The notes: generated by a model from the sequence alone, not told the origin. A stretch of DNA of 63,095 nucleotides, filler included, from Vannella sp. (GCA_023345925.1; 8 parts of 8 records of this genome joined end to end with filler, not necessarily neighbours in it); one strand, 5' to 3'. Positions 31,501-43,811 are shown, counted from the whole stretch's first letter. A program made the numbers and translations.

Positions 31501-34103
31501 ATAACAGTGCGTTGCCGTTCGCAGTGGACTTATATCACTTGCCTTCTGGAAACGGGCCGCCTGAATACCTCGAACAGCGGATTGTCCATGCTACTACAGT
31601 GCGAGTTCAGCTCCTGCCATACATTACACGATCTCCAGAGGGGAGCTACATTGCAGACAAGAACTTCAATCTGCTGCACAGCCTTTTAGTGCAAGGGTCA
31701 GTGGCATCGGCTCGTCCGTATGACATTACTCAACGCTCTTTTCTTTTGCATCATCCGCACTATCACGCCTACGTCCTCTCTCGATTCCGCGTGCGTTATT
31801 CCGGAGCGATTCCCATCCGCATGTACCTTGTGGGGAGCAGTCGCCCCTTTTATGATTCTTCCCTTCGCTCAATCAGAGCGTTGCCGCGTTCTTCTCCTGT
31901 TGGACTTCTTCCTCGCTCACCTTCACATACTACAGATTTAGATAGAGAGGGGGAACGGGACAATAGCCTCTCGAGCACAGAGTCTGAAGAGTTGGAAGGT
32001 GACTCGAGCAGTTTCCTCATTGGCAGCTTTGAGGTGAAGGATTCAGTCCAACACACCTTTGATATCGCTGTGCCACAACCTATTCGATACTTGGCCATCC
32101 GCATCAAACCGCACTCGGAGTTGAAAACCTTCCGTTTGCATGGGCTGGAGTTCTTTGGCTCCATTATTGACGAACGGGATGCCATTGACATCCCTAAGTG
32201 TGACTCTCCATCACCTGTCATTCGGTCTCCTATTCAGCCTCAGACATATCGTCCTCGGCCTGTCTCCTGGGTAAGAGAACGTGAGTGCCAGGGGAAAGTT
32301 TCTGTGAGCAGCTCGGCTGTTGCCATCATTAGTGGCTCATTCGATACCCAAGAAGGAGAGCCTACAGCAACTTGCATAAGAGGATCCCCGGCTTGGACAC
32401 TGCAGAGCGGAAGCCGGTCCGGTAAGGACGTGAGAGCAGTTCCGGCGAAAGACGAACTTTCGCCGGTTCTTCTCCTTCTCGATGAAGCTCCTGAAAGCTC
32501 TGCCACGCAAAGTCTCATAGAAGCTGCCCAAGACACATATCACAGTCATAAGCGGCCCACCGCAAAGCCACTAAGTATCTTGCCCATGCAAGAAGTAGAG
32601 CAAATGCGTCTCTGGCTTCTTGCCACAGACCAGGCCACTCTACGCCGTCTGATTCACTGTGGACTTCTTCGTATATTGATCCGAAGGGGGGCTGAAAAGC
32701 AAGTGATGCGACGCAGCAAGCGAATCGTCCAAATGGTTCAGGAGCGGGAAGATTGGAAGAACATTCTCGTTCTTTTTGACGACCCTCGCGAAGAAGAGCA
32801 GCGTCTGGCAGACCGCCAACCACTCATGTGGGCTTCTGCTTCAGTGAGACAAGGAATCGACTTTATGAGCATGCAGTGGCACTCCCCGCCGGACGTCAAT
32901 TTCGATCCGTTTGGATGCTTTCAGAGAGAAAAGCAGTTGGAGGAACCTGCCTCTGGTCGTCGTGTACGGATTATGCAACGAATGAGAGCTGTTTATAGTC
33001 ATAGCAGCTTAGATCTGAACGTGGACACTGCGGATGTTTCTCCCTTGGCTCCTTTTGTTTACTTTGAAGTTGCTCTTCCAGCAGCCAATATGAGTGCGGA
33101 ATGGGCTGTTGGAGTAACTCCTTATCACTTTGATGTGAACAGTATGCCTGGTTCTGTGTTGGGAAGCTTCGCATGGATCAGTTCGGGAAAGTTGCGTTGT
33201 GGATTGGGAGAAACTTCAGTCGGCTTTGACGACTGGGACATGTATTCTTACCGTGCAGGGGATGTTGTTGGATGTGGCTACAATGTAGCAGCTGAAGAGA
33301 TCTTTTGGACTCTGAATGGAGCCTACATTGGGTCTGCATGGGAAGGCAAAGCTTCTGTCAGCGCTCGGGTGGCGGAGCATCTCTTTCCCACAGTTGCCTT
33401 TCGTGATGGAAGCTACGCTATTTACCCATTGGAGCTTCATGCTAACTTTGGGGACCGCCCTTATGTGTTCAATCTTTCCCGCCTCGAAGAAGAAAAATCA
33501 CTTCGCACTGTTATCCACGAGGACCCTCAAACCCCTCTGAGAACTAGCCAGCTAATGGCTGCACTCAACCCTTATCCGACAAGTCTATTCCAGCCCTGTG
33601 AAAGTACTCAGCGGCACGAGCTGCTCCTTCTATCAGAGATTAGTCGATTCTCGCTGGGACTTCAGATTCTGCTCCGAACGCATTTGGGAGCTCGAACAAG
33701 TTTGCTGTCGTTCCCACAGCGTCACCGGTATAAGGAGATCTGCATGACACTGTGCCCTCAAATGCAGGAGCGGCAATTAGTGCACTTGCTTGAGCTGCTG
33801 CCATCGGGAGCTTGGTCGCATCTTGACTTGAGTTATGCGGCTCGGTTGGATAATAGCTTTATTCAGCGCATGCCGAGAGGCTTCCGGATGGTCCGCTTCT
33901 TAAATTTGGAAGGAATTGACGGTTTGGACCAAAGTACTGCCTCTCATTTGATTGCCACTTGTCCTCAACTGGAAGGACTGCGCGTTTGGGACCACATTGA
34001 TGATCCCACTTTGATGATTTTCTCTTCCTTGTCCACTTTGCGGCGATTGGAGCTGATTGGATGCGACGAATTAACAGATAAGGGCTTGAAAGGCTTGTTA
34101 CAG
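28533..34103 (+). CDS. Large multidomain protein: Clu domain, TPR-like helices, jelly-roll (galactose-binding-like) domain, SPRY domain, RNI/AMN1-type LRRs; 3' truncated
   Basis: Clu: KTYGKIIISE, GGLKYICSGILFKF, IDFRGFRLIA, DIEGHEGTDGKFYVLDFAR. SPRY: YFEV, GDVVGCG, IFWTLNG, LFPTVAF, ANFG. LRR: LDLSY, FLNLEGI, LELIGCDELTD. Confidence 0.8.
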
Positions 34104-34203
34104 NNNNNNNNNNNNNNNNNNNNNNNNNNNNNNNNNNNNNNNNNNNNTTAATTAATTAANNNNNNNNNNNNNNNNNNNNNNNNNNNNNNNNNNNNNNNNN
34201 NNN
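34104..34203. other. Artificial contig spacer
   Basis: N44-TTAATTAATTAA-N44. Confidence 0.99.
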
Positions 34204-34257
34204 GAAGTAGCTCATTCACAACCTCTGCTTTAGTAAGAACCGAAGAGTTTCAGTGGC

Positions 34258-37200
34258 TTAAATAGAGAAACGAGTGGCCGGATGTGTATCACTAACGGGA
34301 ATGGTACTGATTTCTGACAAGAGGCACGCACAGAAAAACTTCATGAATGCTATTGCCATAGAACCATTCTCGTTCTCTTTCAGGAGATTGTGAATTACTT
34401 CTCCCCGTACATAGCCAATTTCACATTCTGTTTTGGCTTCAATCAAAAGGGCAGACTCTCCGCCCTGCAACAGATTATGAACTCCCAAAACGTCGCCAGC
34501 TTCAGACTCAGATTGAGAGAAGGAGAGCCACTGAGAGTCTCCCATGTTAGCATAGCGTGTCACAATGCAAGTTCCACCCATAATCAGCACGAGCCGCTGT
34601 GTACGATCGCCTTGCTCCATTATTACTCCTCCAGCAGGTATTGTAACTTGCTCAGCTTCCACAATGAGATGGTCCCAGTGAACAAGTCTTGGGAGCATCT
34701 TGTAAGCTTCCTTAGAGAATCGTTTCGACTCCACCAGCGCCGAGTTCATCAAGTGTTCTTCCACCAAAGTTATGTCTCGCTCCAACAAGAAGCCAGTACA
34801 GCCTGCATGATAAGCCAGGTACTTTTTGTCGGATGTTATAGGAGAAATGAGAACCAAATCTCCTGCAAGTGCTTGCAACTCTGCATTGGGAAGTGCTTTG
34901 TGAAGGTCAGTTATGTTTCCGCGGCCTAGACACTCTTGTAGTTGAATGAGGGAGCCTGTTGGTGTGGACAAGTTTGTCCGAAGCATTCGAATAAACTGCA
35001 TTCCGGTGCACATGTCTTCAAGAGTCTCAAAGATAAACTACATCTGGTGAATTCATCGTCATGCATAAGTAATGCGACTTACAGAACGAGTTTTCTTTGG
35101 CTTTTCCTTATGGAAGAATGAGATCCCAAGTACTTGGTCAAGCTCACATGTTGTGAAGCAGAGTTGGTCATAAGGAATCACTAATTTGGACTCTTTTCCG
35201 ATGGAATTGATCTTTTTGAAGAATAGGCCGTTTGGAAAGATATCTAGGAAGATACGATGACTCTTTGTCCTGGAGGCGAACCCACGAATGGACTTTGGCT
35301 CAGACTCCTCCAAATCTAGCAAATCTGAAGAGCGAGTTCTCCGGGCAGCCGTCTTTCTGGCCTCCAGTCGGCGGCTCATAGGCATTGCTTCCCTCTGGTA
35401 AACCAAAAGCAGGAAGATAACGTTGCCCGCACTGTCCGGGTTCAATACAATTTGGAGGCGGTCGTCCTCAGAAACGGAGGAGAGACTGCTTAATGGGGCA
35501 TCTAGCAACATCTGGAAAGCCTCCTCACCCTCTTTTTGTGCTTCAGAGATAGCTGCCAGGGTCTAATAGGGTTCTTACCTTCCTCTACTGGTGCAGCATA
35601 GATAGTATAAGCATTTAAATCAGCAAGTGACAGCCCCAGAGCATCGAGTCCACGATATTTAGCATCACAAAACCTGTCCTCTTCATTCAAGGACAGCGTC
35701 GCTGTGTTCATCGTCCCCTTCTCTGTCACATGAACGACAATATTCTTGTCCTGAAAGTGGAAATAAGCGAAATGGAACCAAAACTCGAAAGTCCCTTACC
35801 AGTTGGAAGCTTTGTCCTTTGGGAAGCGCAGCAGTCAACCTTTTGGCCGTCTCAGCAGGGAACCGGCATTTGCTAAGGAGTCTGCCAAAAAGCTGGCCGA
35901 CAGAACGGTACAGAACGGATGCAAACTCGCCATCTACTCGTCCTCATCAGTGATGTGCCAGATACTCTGCTCCAGCAGTCCATTGACTTACCGTTTGTGC
36001 AGAAGCAATCAATGACGCTTCGGTGGAGCTGGACGGCCTGAACTACCAATGTACAAGCGACAGTCTTGGTAAAGGATTTGGTGGCTCCCAGCAAGCCAAC
36101 CTCGCCCAGGAAGGGAAACTCCTTATCCACCAGCACAAAGGAGTCACCCTGGTACTCAACCTTGACCGATCCTGCCACAATCCTGTGGGAAGCTGGTCAG
36201 CAGGGCATCATAAGGGCAGAGAGTTCCTTACATGTACACACTCTCGTTGCTGTCTCCACGAGATATCAAGACGCTTCCTCTTTTGATCATAATGGGCTTG
36301 CCACACGCGGCTATCGCTTCCAGAATGTCGGGAGAGAAGCTTGGCTGACTTCCTAAAACACTATAGTTCGGCCTTCCTTCGGGTAGAGCGCCCTAGTGAA
36401 GAGTCAATCACACACATATTGAGTAAGTCAAGTCATGCAGTACTCACAAGCAGAGTTTGGCTGTTGAGGATGAGGATCCGACACATTTCGACTCCTTCTT
36501 TGGATCTTGCGAAGACTTCACTGATGTTCAAGCCTTCTCCCATGTTTTGAACCATACAAGGACCAAAGATGATGCTAGATCCACACGGTGAGTACGTCTC
36601 AACCCTCTGTAGAGGCTTCTACGAACCTCAGATTGTCTGCCGTCATCTTATTCACTCCGCTGTTGCAATGCACCTTCCACAGTAGCTGTAAGAGCCTTCT
36701 GAGGATAGGCTTATGTAGTATGGGCAGCTTCTGACACAGCTGCACAAGGATCTCGATCTCATCGTTGTTAGAGTCCTCGATAGAGCTTCCTTCGTCTCCT
36801 TGGGGAGCGTTGAAGCCCGATACCAGCTTCAGGATCGAGTCAAAGTGCTCGTAGATCTTGATAGGTAAGAGAGACTCCTCTTGTAGTCGTATGTACATCT
36901 TAAAGGCTTCCGCAACCACGTCCATTGGATAGATCGAGAGGTCGATGGATGTTGCTTCACCTTCCCCTTGTGTTAGGCCGTTATAGTGAGGTATGAGCAT
37001 CCCTCACGTTCACCAAGCTTATCAAACAGCTCCTTCGACTTGACAGAGTCCCCAGCCATGCGGAACAACCCAGAAACGTTCATCGCTGTCCATGAGGGTG
37101 AGAAGAAGTCGCTCATGAGAGGCAAAGCGCCCACCGTTCAGCTCCAAGTACAACGCCAGCTTATCAAACACTTCAAACCGAAGCTTTGGCGCCTCCGCAG

Positions 37201-37354
37201 CGGTGTTCCCCTTGCGAGGCGACCCCATTTGGCCCTTTCGAGGGGAAGAGCCTTGCCGAGGAGAGAGCATCTCCAGCGTCTGTGCAATCGATATGCTTCG
37301 CCTCCTTCCCGAAGGACTACGCGGCGACCTGATAATCTGCGGCAGCGACTGCAT
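34258..37354 (-). CDS. Multi-exon RhoGAP protein with two cyclic-nucleotide-binding-like domains flanking a GRAM/PH-like segment
   Basis: Arg finger VSGLFRMAG (about 37080-37055), VAEAFKMYIR and NKMTADNL/SIIFGP. cNBD1: IKRGSVLISRGDSNESVYM/IVAGSVKV...FLGEVGLL. cNBD2: TIPAGGVIMEQGDRTQRLVLIMGG...GDVLGV. Some central exon boundaries are uncertain. Confidence 0.75.
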
Positions 37355-37380
37355 CCCACCAAGAGCCAAACAGAAATAAC

Positions 37381-37403
37381 GGCCAATCAAGGAGCGGCCA
37401 ATG
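37381..37403. promoter_or_regulatory. Two CCAAT-box-like elements just upstream of the RhoGAP gene ATG
   Basis: GGCCAATCA and GGCCAATGC about 30-50 nt from the ATG at 37354. Confidence 0.4.
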
Positions 37404-37651
37404 CAACCGCCCTTCCGGCCCAGATACTGGTTTTTCACTTGACCGGGAGTCTCTCCTCACCTTCTCACTTCGCACATACCAATGTCTAGGACTTGCCAAT
37501 CTCACTGAAAGTGGAGTCCGCTTGTGGCGACGAGATGGGGGAGACAGTGACTTTCTGTGGGGTGAGAGGGTCCACTTTGGGAGGAGAGATCACTGGAGAG
37601 CTGTACGAGCCTTGATGGTGAAGGGGCAGTGCGAGATGAGGAGGGAGGCAG

Positions 37652-38422
37652 TTATAATGAGATCATTTGGAAGGGTGCGTGCACTTCGATGGCGCCAAAG
37701 GGGCAGGAGGAGGAGAGAGGAGAGATGTCAAAGCTCCCACCGTGAGGGAGAAGTGCGAGGGTGTTGGGGTCGACATGTAAGGTACCAGAGAAGGGACGGG
37801 CGCGTATTTGTGAGAAGTCAAAGAAGTGTGAGCGAAGGGGGAAGCTGTTAGGTGCATTGTGCAAGGCCAAAGTACCCATCCAAGGGAGAGAAAGCATGGG
37901 AGCGTACACTTGTTCGCCTGCTTCCAGTTCTTCCCAACTCCTCATCTTCCCTGCGGGCTTCCCAGGCTGTTAGACACCCTCTCTACAACACAGTATGTCA
38001 CATACAGTGTAGTCCAAGCGAACGCCCCTCTCTGGACCAAGGGAAAGGGTGTAATGGGAGGGCGTGAACTCAAAGTCGGTGCTGTACGTTGTAGGCAGGG
38101 AGTGGAGCCTTTGAGAGCCCACAGTGTTGAGATAGTTGTCCATGATAACGATGGGCTTCAGAGAAAGCAAAGGCACTTCACCAGAGCTGTGCTTGACGAA
38201 GGGCAAGCTCGTCTTCGCCTCAAAGAAGCTCCCTCGAAGCAGAGAGCTCCAATCAGGCCCACAGTCATGTTGCCTCCCCAACTCCACCCACACCAACGCA
38301 TCCCCATCCTCCGTAGCGAGTGGCAGAGGCAGCTGAACCTCCCACTCGTCCAAACCCTCCAAGTCCTTCAAAGACACCTTCAAAAGCACCCACAAGGCGT
38401 GATACTCGCCCACCACACGCAT
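37652..38422 (-). CDS. Hypothetical protein, probably spliced
   Basis: Protein-like ORFs 37970-38422 and 37652-37945, divergent from the coiled-coil gene; no recognised motif. Confidence 0.35.
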
Positions 38423-38472
38423 GTACACCAAGGAGAAGGGAAATGAAGCTTTTGGGGTCATTTGGCTGGCTC

Positions 38473-39549
38473 ATGTCGGACTTGGACGACCTCGATGAGG
38501 ACGAGATCAACCGGCAGCTGGCAGAGCTGGGGGAGGACGTGGAGGACTTGGAGGACCTTAGTGAGTTGGAGGATGATGAGCTGATGGAGGAGGTAGAGGC
38601 AGAGGAGGAGTTTCCAGCGTTTGATGAGGAGGAGAAGGGTCGGGAGGTCGACAGCTTTATCCACGGGCTTGTGGCAGGCCAGACAGGCTCACAGTTGGTA
38701 CAGTTACTTCGTCCACAGGTATCAATCGCTATGAAGAAGAAGGATGCCGTGTTACAGAAGGTGGACGCCATGGAAGAGGATTACTACAACCTCAAGGAGC
38801 AGAGTGTCAACCACAAGGACCCCAAGCTACAAGCACTCGAGCAGAAAGCTGAAAAGCTCAACGACCTGTTGGAAGAAGAGGAGCGGGAGAGCGCTAACAT
38901 GTACACCATCTTCAAAGCAGCCGAGAAAGAGTTGGCTTCTCTTCGAGAGGAGCACGCGACTCTTCAGAAGCTTCACGAGCAGCGCAAGACAGAGCAAAAG
39001 GGTGTCATGGAGAAGCTCAGAGCAACCATGAAGCAATGTACGGAGCAGTGCGTTCACCATCAGAAGGAACTCACGCAACGCCTTTACGCCCTCAATGATG
39101 CTATGGAGGCAGCAACAACCGAAAGGGACGAGCTCTCTGAGAAGAACAATGTTCAAGAGCTTCACTATGAGGACCTCCTTCGCCAGAGGGTCGAAAAGGT
39201 GAAGCTGGTTGCTGATGTGTCACAGAATGTCAGCCAGCACCTTGGTGACAATGAGAAGCAACTCAAAGAACTCAACGCTCGGTTGATACAGATGGGCGTG
39301 GATAGCGAGGCTCTCACACAATCCAGCAAGGAGAAGAAAGAAAAAACAGACGCTCTTGATAAGGAACTCCGCGCCGCCAACCGCAAACACACCACTCTTA
39401 CTCTTGAGCACGACGATGCTGACAGGCAAGTTCAAAGACTGGAGCGTGACGCTGCACGACAAGACAAACAGGTAGAGCGGTTGGAGGCAGAGATTCTTCA
39501 ACTCCGAAACGATCGAAAGGAAGTCATGAAGAAGCTGTCAGCCATCTGA
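38473..39549 (+). CDS. Acidic N-terminus plus a long coiled-coil protein
   Basis: ATG 38473 begins MSDLDDLDED; E/K/Q/L heptad-rich sequence continues to the stop. Confidence 0.75.
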   Translation: MSDLDDLDEDEINRQLAELGEDVEDLEDLSELEDDELMEEVEAEEEFPAFDEEEKGREVDSFIHGLVAGQTGSQLVQLLRPQVSIAMKKKDAVLQKVDAMEEDYYNLKEQSVNHKDPKLQALEQKAEKLNDLLEEEERESANMYTIFKAAEKELASLREEHATLQKLHEQRKTEQKGVMEKLRATMKQCTEQCVHHQKELTQRLYALNDAMEAATTERDELSEKNNVQELHYEDLLRQRVEKVKLVADVSQNVSQHLGDNEKQLKELNARLIQMGVDSEALTQSSKEKKEKTDALDKELRAANRKHTTLTLEHDDADRQVQRLERDAARQDKQVERLEAEILQLRNDRKEVMKKLSAI

Positions 39550-39579
39550 GAGGTTCCTGTAATAATCTTTATCATTAAG

Positions 39580-40924
39580 CTACACTATCTTGGCAAGATC
39601 CTCTTCAGAGGAGGCAGTGCCACTGGGGATGGTACCAGTCATTGAAGAAAGGAGAGTCTGGAGCTCCTCTTTTCGCTGTCTAGCCTGCTCCATTTGCTTC
39701 TTAGCATGATAGGCTATACTGGCTTTGTCCACCCATGGCCTCCGGATGAACGTGGGCTTCTTGACGTTTGGGGGTGGAGGAGGCTTTGGAGTGTCATCAA
39801 AAGAAAAGAAGCGGGAAAGGTTCCTGACTATCCCAAGATCATTCCGGTTCTGGTAGAACGGCATGAGTGATATGTAGGCGTATCTCTCGCTGTTCGCCAA
39901 CTCGTTTGTTGTGACATTGAGTGACACCCGGATGGTGGAGGGGACAACCATGGAAAAGTTCGCCACCAACAGGAAGAACACGACAATGATCATGATCAAC
40001 ATGACCCAGGACTTTGGTAGTCCTATCCATCGCTCTGTAGAAGGCTCAAGGTGCATGTACACTGAGCCAGAGTAAGTTTGGGGTCAGTGATGAGGCCTTT
40101 TGGATGGTACGTACGGGAGATGGCGACGAGGAGGCCAAGAAACAAGGCTACTAGTTGCGAGAGTAAGAAGAGAACGAAGTAGGGATCGTTCCTTGCTCCA
40201 ACGCAGTTGCCTGAGAAGGGACAATGATGGTCGAAGCGGGCGACACAACGATTGCACACTCGGCAGTGCTTACTCCGCTCTGGCTTCATCAAACGACATG
40301 TGCTACAGTACTTAGGATGTCTTGAGAGCCCTTCCTTTGCAGTTCCTTGCGGGATGTAGCCGGGGTCACTGAAAGATGTCTTAAGATAACAGTACACGCT
40401 CATTGCTGATGCCAGGTACGCGTAAGGCACCAAAGAACACTGACTGGGATCAGAACGTAAGCTCAGGTACCCAATGTAGTGAACAATCACGTTCAGGCCC
40501 AAGTAAACAGCTCGGTAGCCCCATCTGGACAGCGCGCTGCACGGACTCATGGCCAGCAGTCCGGTGAGGGAGGAAATGAGTTGGGAAGTGGGCTTTATGT
40601 CAAGGCACTTGCAGGTCTTACACGTACACTGGGCCTGAGGGGGGAGCTGGATAGCTGGGCGTGGCGTGGTACGGGCTATTTGCCACTGGCTGCTGGTAAG
40701 CGGAGTAAGCTGGAGCGGTTGTGTAAACAGCGTCATGGTGGTGGTGATGGTCTTGCTGCGATTGCATCTACAACAAGTCAGCCCTTCCCCCTACAACCCA
40801 ACAGATCACGGGAACTGACCCTCGCCATGCGCTGCCTCCGCATTGAGATGAAGCACAACGCCATCATACAGCAGCATAACAGCCAGAAGAAGGCGCCCCC
40901 GCCAGCATAGTAGTAATAGTACAT
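39580..40924 (-). CDS. DHHC palmitoyl acyltransferase, multi-exon
   Basis: SDPG, CSTCRLMKPERSKHCRVCNRCVARFDHHCPFSGNCVG, TTNE motif and several TM segments. Confidence 0.93.
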
Positions 40925-41132
40925 GGAAGCCGGTCCAACAAAGAATGTCCAATTCATGCCTTCCTGTTACAACAATTTACACTTGATAGAGATTGTATTA
41001 ATATTCCTCTTCCGGCCTGCTTCATGACCAACAAAGCCCTTTTCCCAGGCAAAGAATATTCCAAATGGCTTTTCCAGGAAAAGGAGTTTGGGATTAAAGC
41101 CAACCTTTTTGGTAGGCTGGAGACATTCCTTC

Positions 41133-41792
41133 ATGATCCTTGAAACACAAACACTTCCCAACTTGCCTTGCCAAGGCAAACTTCTCAACCCAGCCGTGGT
41201 GGTCTTTGACTCGGCTTATTGCCAGCCAGACATTCAGTTCTTCCAAATGTCGTCACATGTGGGAGCTCTCCACCGAGCCTCTTACCAAAGTGGGTTGACG
41301 GCCTTTGAGATGGGAATGAGCCCACTCAGTTCCAGCAGAGTTCTGAAAGACACTTTGGGAAAGTCGATGGGGAGCTTACAAGGCAAAGTCCTTTCGCTCC
41401 ATCGCCAGTTGCTCATGTTGGACGACAACGGCAACGTCAAAGCTATCGTTCGAACGACTAAGTACAATGCGATTCACGTCCATGTCGATGTCAAGTGCTG
41501 GATTCTCCCGAAACCTGTTCATGTGAACAGTTTTAAGGCAAAGCACTTTATCGGTCGCCCTGCAGACATTGTCGTGGCTGGAAAGTGGCAGGTCAAGGAC
41601 CTCACATACACTGACTCCACTGGCCGGATTCTGGCGCACATCATTGGAAGCTCCTCTGGCGCCTACACCTGTCAAGTTTCACCAAATGTAGATGCTGCAT
41701 TCATTGTGATGCTCACTCTTGCCCTAGAACAAGTGTACCACATTCACCCACAAATGGTGAGCATGCTCGTGGGATGCTTCTTTCCACTGTAG
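41133..41792 (+). CDS. LURP-one-related / Tubby C-terminal-like protein
   Basis: LKDTLGKSMGSLQGKVLSLH, VVAGKW...DSTGRILAHI and YTCQVSPNVDAAFIVML match the LOR/Tub_2 pattern. Confidence 0.7.
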   Translation: MILETQTLPNLPCQGKLLNPAVVVFDSAYCQPDIQFFQMSSHVGALHRASYQSGLTAFEMGMSPLSSSRVLKDTLGKSMGSLQGKVLSLHRQLLMLDDNGNVKAIVRTTKYNAIHVHVDVKCWILPKPVHVNSFKAKHFIGRPADIVVAGKWQVKDLTYTDSTGRILAHIIGSSSGAYTCQVSPNVDAAFIVMLTLALEQVYHIHPQMVSMLVGCFFPL

Positions 41793-42464
41793 CCTTATCG
41801 AGTCCATTGATTGACTGAATAAACTGTTTTCTTACAACTCGACAAATTCGGAGCCAGTCAAGTGCATGTCATGTCGTTTCCAAGAAGGGAGGGCATTTAG
41901 GAATGATCCCCCTTTAAACCAATTTGACATCTCTCCAGGAGGGATTCTGTACCTCGCCTTCGTTTTTTCGCCATTCATCACAAAAACCCCTCTTCGGCCT
42001 GCTCTCGCGTACCCCCAACATTACAGCAGAAGAGTGCTCATTTCTGAAGTAACTTAATTATCGAATCCTCCTCTGCATGGAGCCGCTGGGCAGAGTCACT
42101 GGAAAGAGCATTTCAAGCACCAATTCACATCAGTTTGAAAAATGGACATTCTGGAGAACCCGCTCGATATGTATGAGAGTCGCTCTCATTGCATTTCCCA
42201 ATTCCAAGGCTCCTGCGCTCCACGCTCGAAGGAAGGAGCCCTCCAGCGAGGTGACAACTGGCTTGGAAATTGTTTTGATCTACTCACCTGTGGAGGTCCC
42301 TTGGAATAGTCTTATGTGAGTGGACTGGGGACGGTATCACCCCTTTTGCTTGATGAGGAAATCATAGATTCCCTTTGCAACATTGTGAGAGTCTTTTTGT
42401 TTCTGTGGGAAACAGAAGATCCGCATTTCCCTGCATTTCCCTTCATTTCACCTCATTTTCTTGG

Positions 42465-43811
42465 ATGAGGGCCACGAGGGGCATCGAGAAGCTGCCACAA
42501 CGCCCCTTTTCGTTTGTGATCTTTGGGGCGACTAGGTGAGTGGAATCCAATGGTTGGGATATTGAGGTAACTGGAGAAGTCATTTGGGGTCCAAAGTGAC
42601 GCGGTACATGGCGCAAAATGTGCGCTTGTGGATGGCTTCGCAATGGGCCTTTTCTGATGTTGATGAAGGCGGTCTGGATGATCTCAATGACACTGTCCGT
42701 GGTGGCTTGTCTGATTCCGCTTATCGATCCATCACAGTGGCTCCAAAGATCTCCAAAACCATCTATGATCCGGACGAAGCTCTTGAATTCGTCCATCATG
42801 AAGGTGCTTGGACCATTGACGAGTTAACTGCTCAAACCTCTATTATTATCAACTGTTGTAGCTCCTATAAGCTTACTGAGCTTCTTCTGCGGAGCTGCAT
42901 GAAGACCAAAACGCACTTCTTGGACTCTCTGCCTGATCGCCAGTTCCTTGCGAATTTCAGCCATTATGACCGAGAAGCAAAAAGCTTAATCTTTCTCTTC
43001 TAATAGGATGCTCTTGGGAGTCTGTGAGCAAACCAGGAGAATCGAACCGGACAATAACATGTTTTGCAGGTCTGTGAAGGGGCGGCCATCATCGAACAAT
43101 GGCTTTATGTTATCGACGAGATACTAGAAGGAGATTGGGTGGAAATGCTTGAGGTCCAAGGCTTTCAACCCGTGGATGAAACATCCCCAAATTATCTAAT
43201 GAGACTTCGAGCCGTCGATGCAACTCGAGGCCTACCAATACGTCTTTCTAATGCTTAGAAACGTCAGGAATGAACTGCATCAAGATATTTTCTTCCACAG
43301 GCGTTCATATTCATTGGCAATGAACCAATGGTATATTGCTGTGTGGTGGTGGGCAGAGCTCTTGCTTCTTTACATGTTATGTCGATTCTTTTTCCTCTTC
43401 TATCCAATCAAGTGGCTAGCCTTAGTGTGGAGGTGAGTGAGACTCTTCTTCTCGAAGCTCCATCCTGACATTTCGATAGGGATGAATATGAATACTACAG
43501 TTATCACGACTACTTAGTATCTTCTAAAATAAGAATTGGGACGGAACGGTGGACTGATTCTGACAAGTCCCAAGCTCGTGTCTGGGGAAAGCTTATCAAC
43601 TCTTTGCCAAGTCAGACAATGGATGTCTCGACATTGAAGCTGATTGTTGGGTGCAAGCAGATGCTTCTTTGATCCAACCTGCTTCAATTCTTGCAGTGTG
43701 TCATGTGCCTTACTCACAAAAGGTATCTCCTGACAAGTGGAGGGTTCATCTCGGCTGGTGCATTTGGTCCACCACTTGTCCGTTTCCTCAAGCGGCTGGG
43801 AATCCAATTCA
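42465..43811 (+). CDS. Divergent saccharopine dehydrogenase-like oxidoreductase (SCCPDH-like), spliced, with an apparent 1-nt frameshift; runs to the contig end
   Basis: Rossmann VIFGAT/SHLG, IIINCCSSY, RSCMKTKTHFLD and C-terminal SGGFISAGAFG..LKRLGIQF; frame break at the A5 run 42979-42983. Confidence 0.6.

Noticed and set aside
1064..34103. Apparent immunity island (RNF213, LRR cassette gene, Clu-SPRY-LRR close together)
   Set aside because: The genes are on different contigs separated by artificial spacers, so physical linkage cannot be claimed
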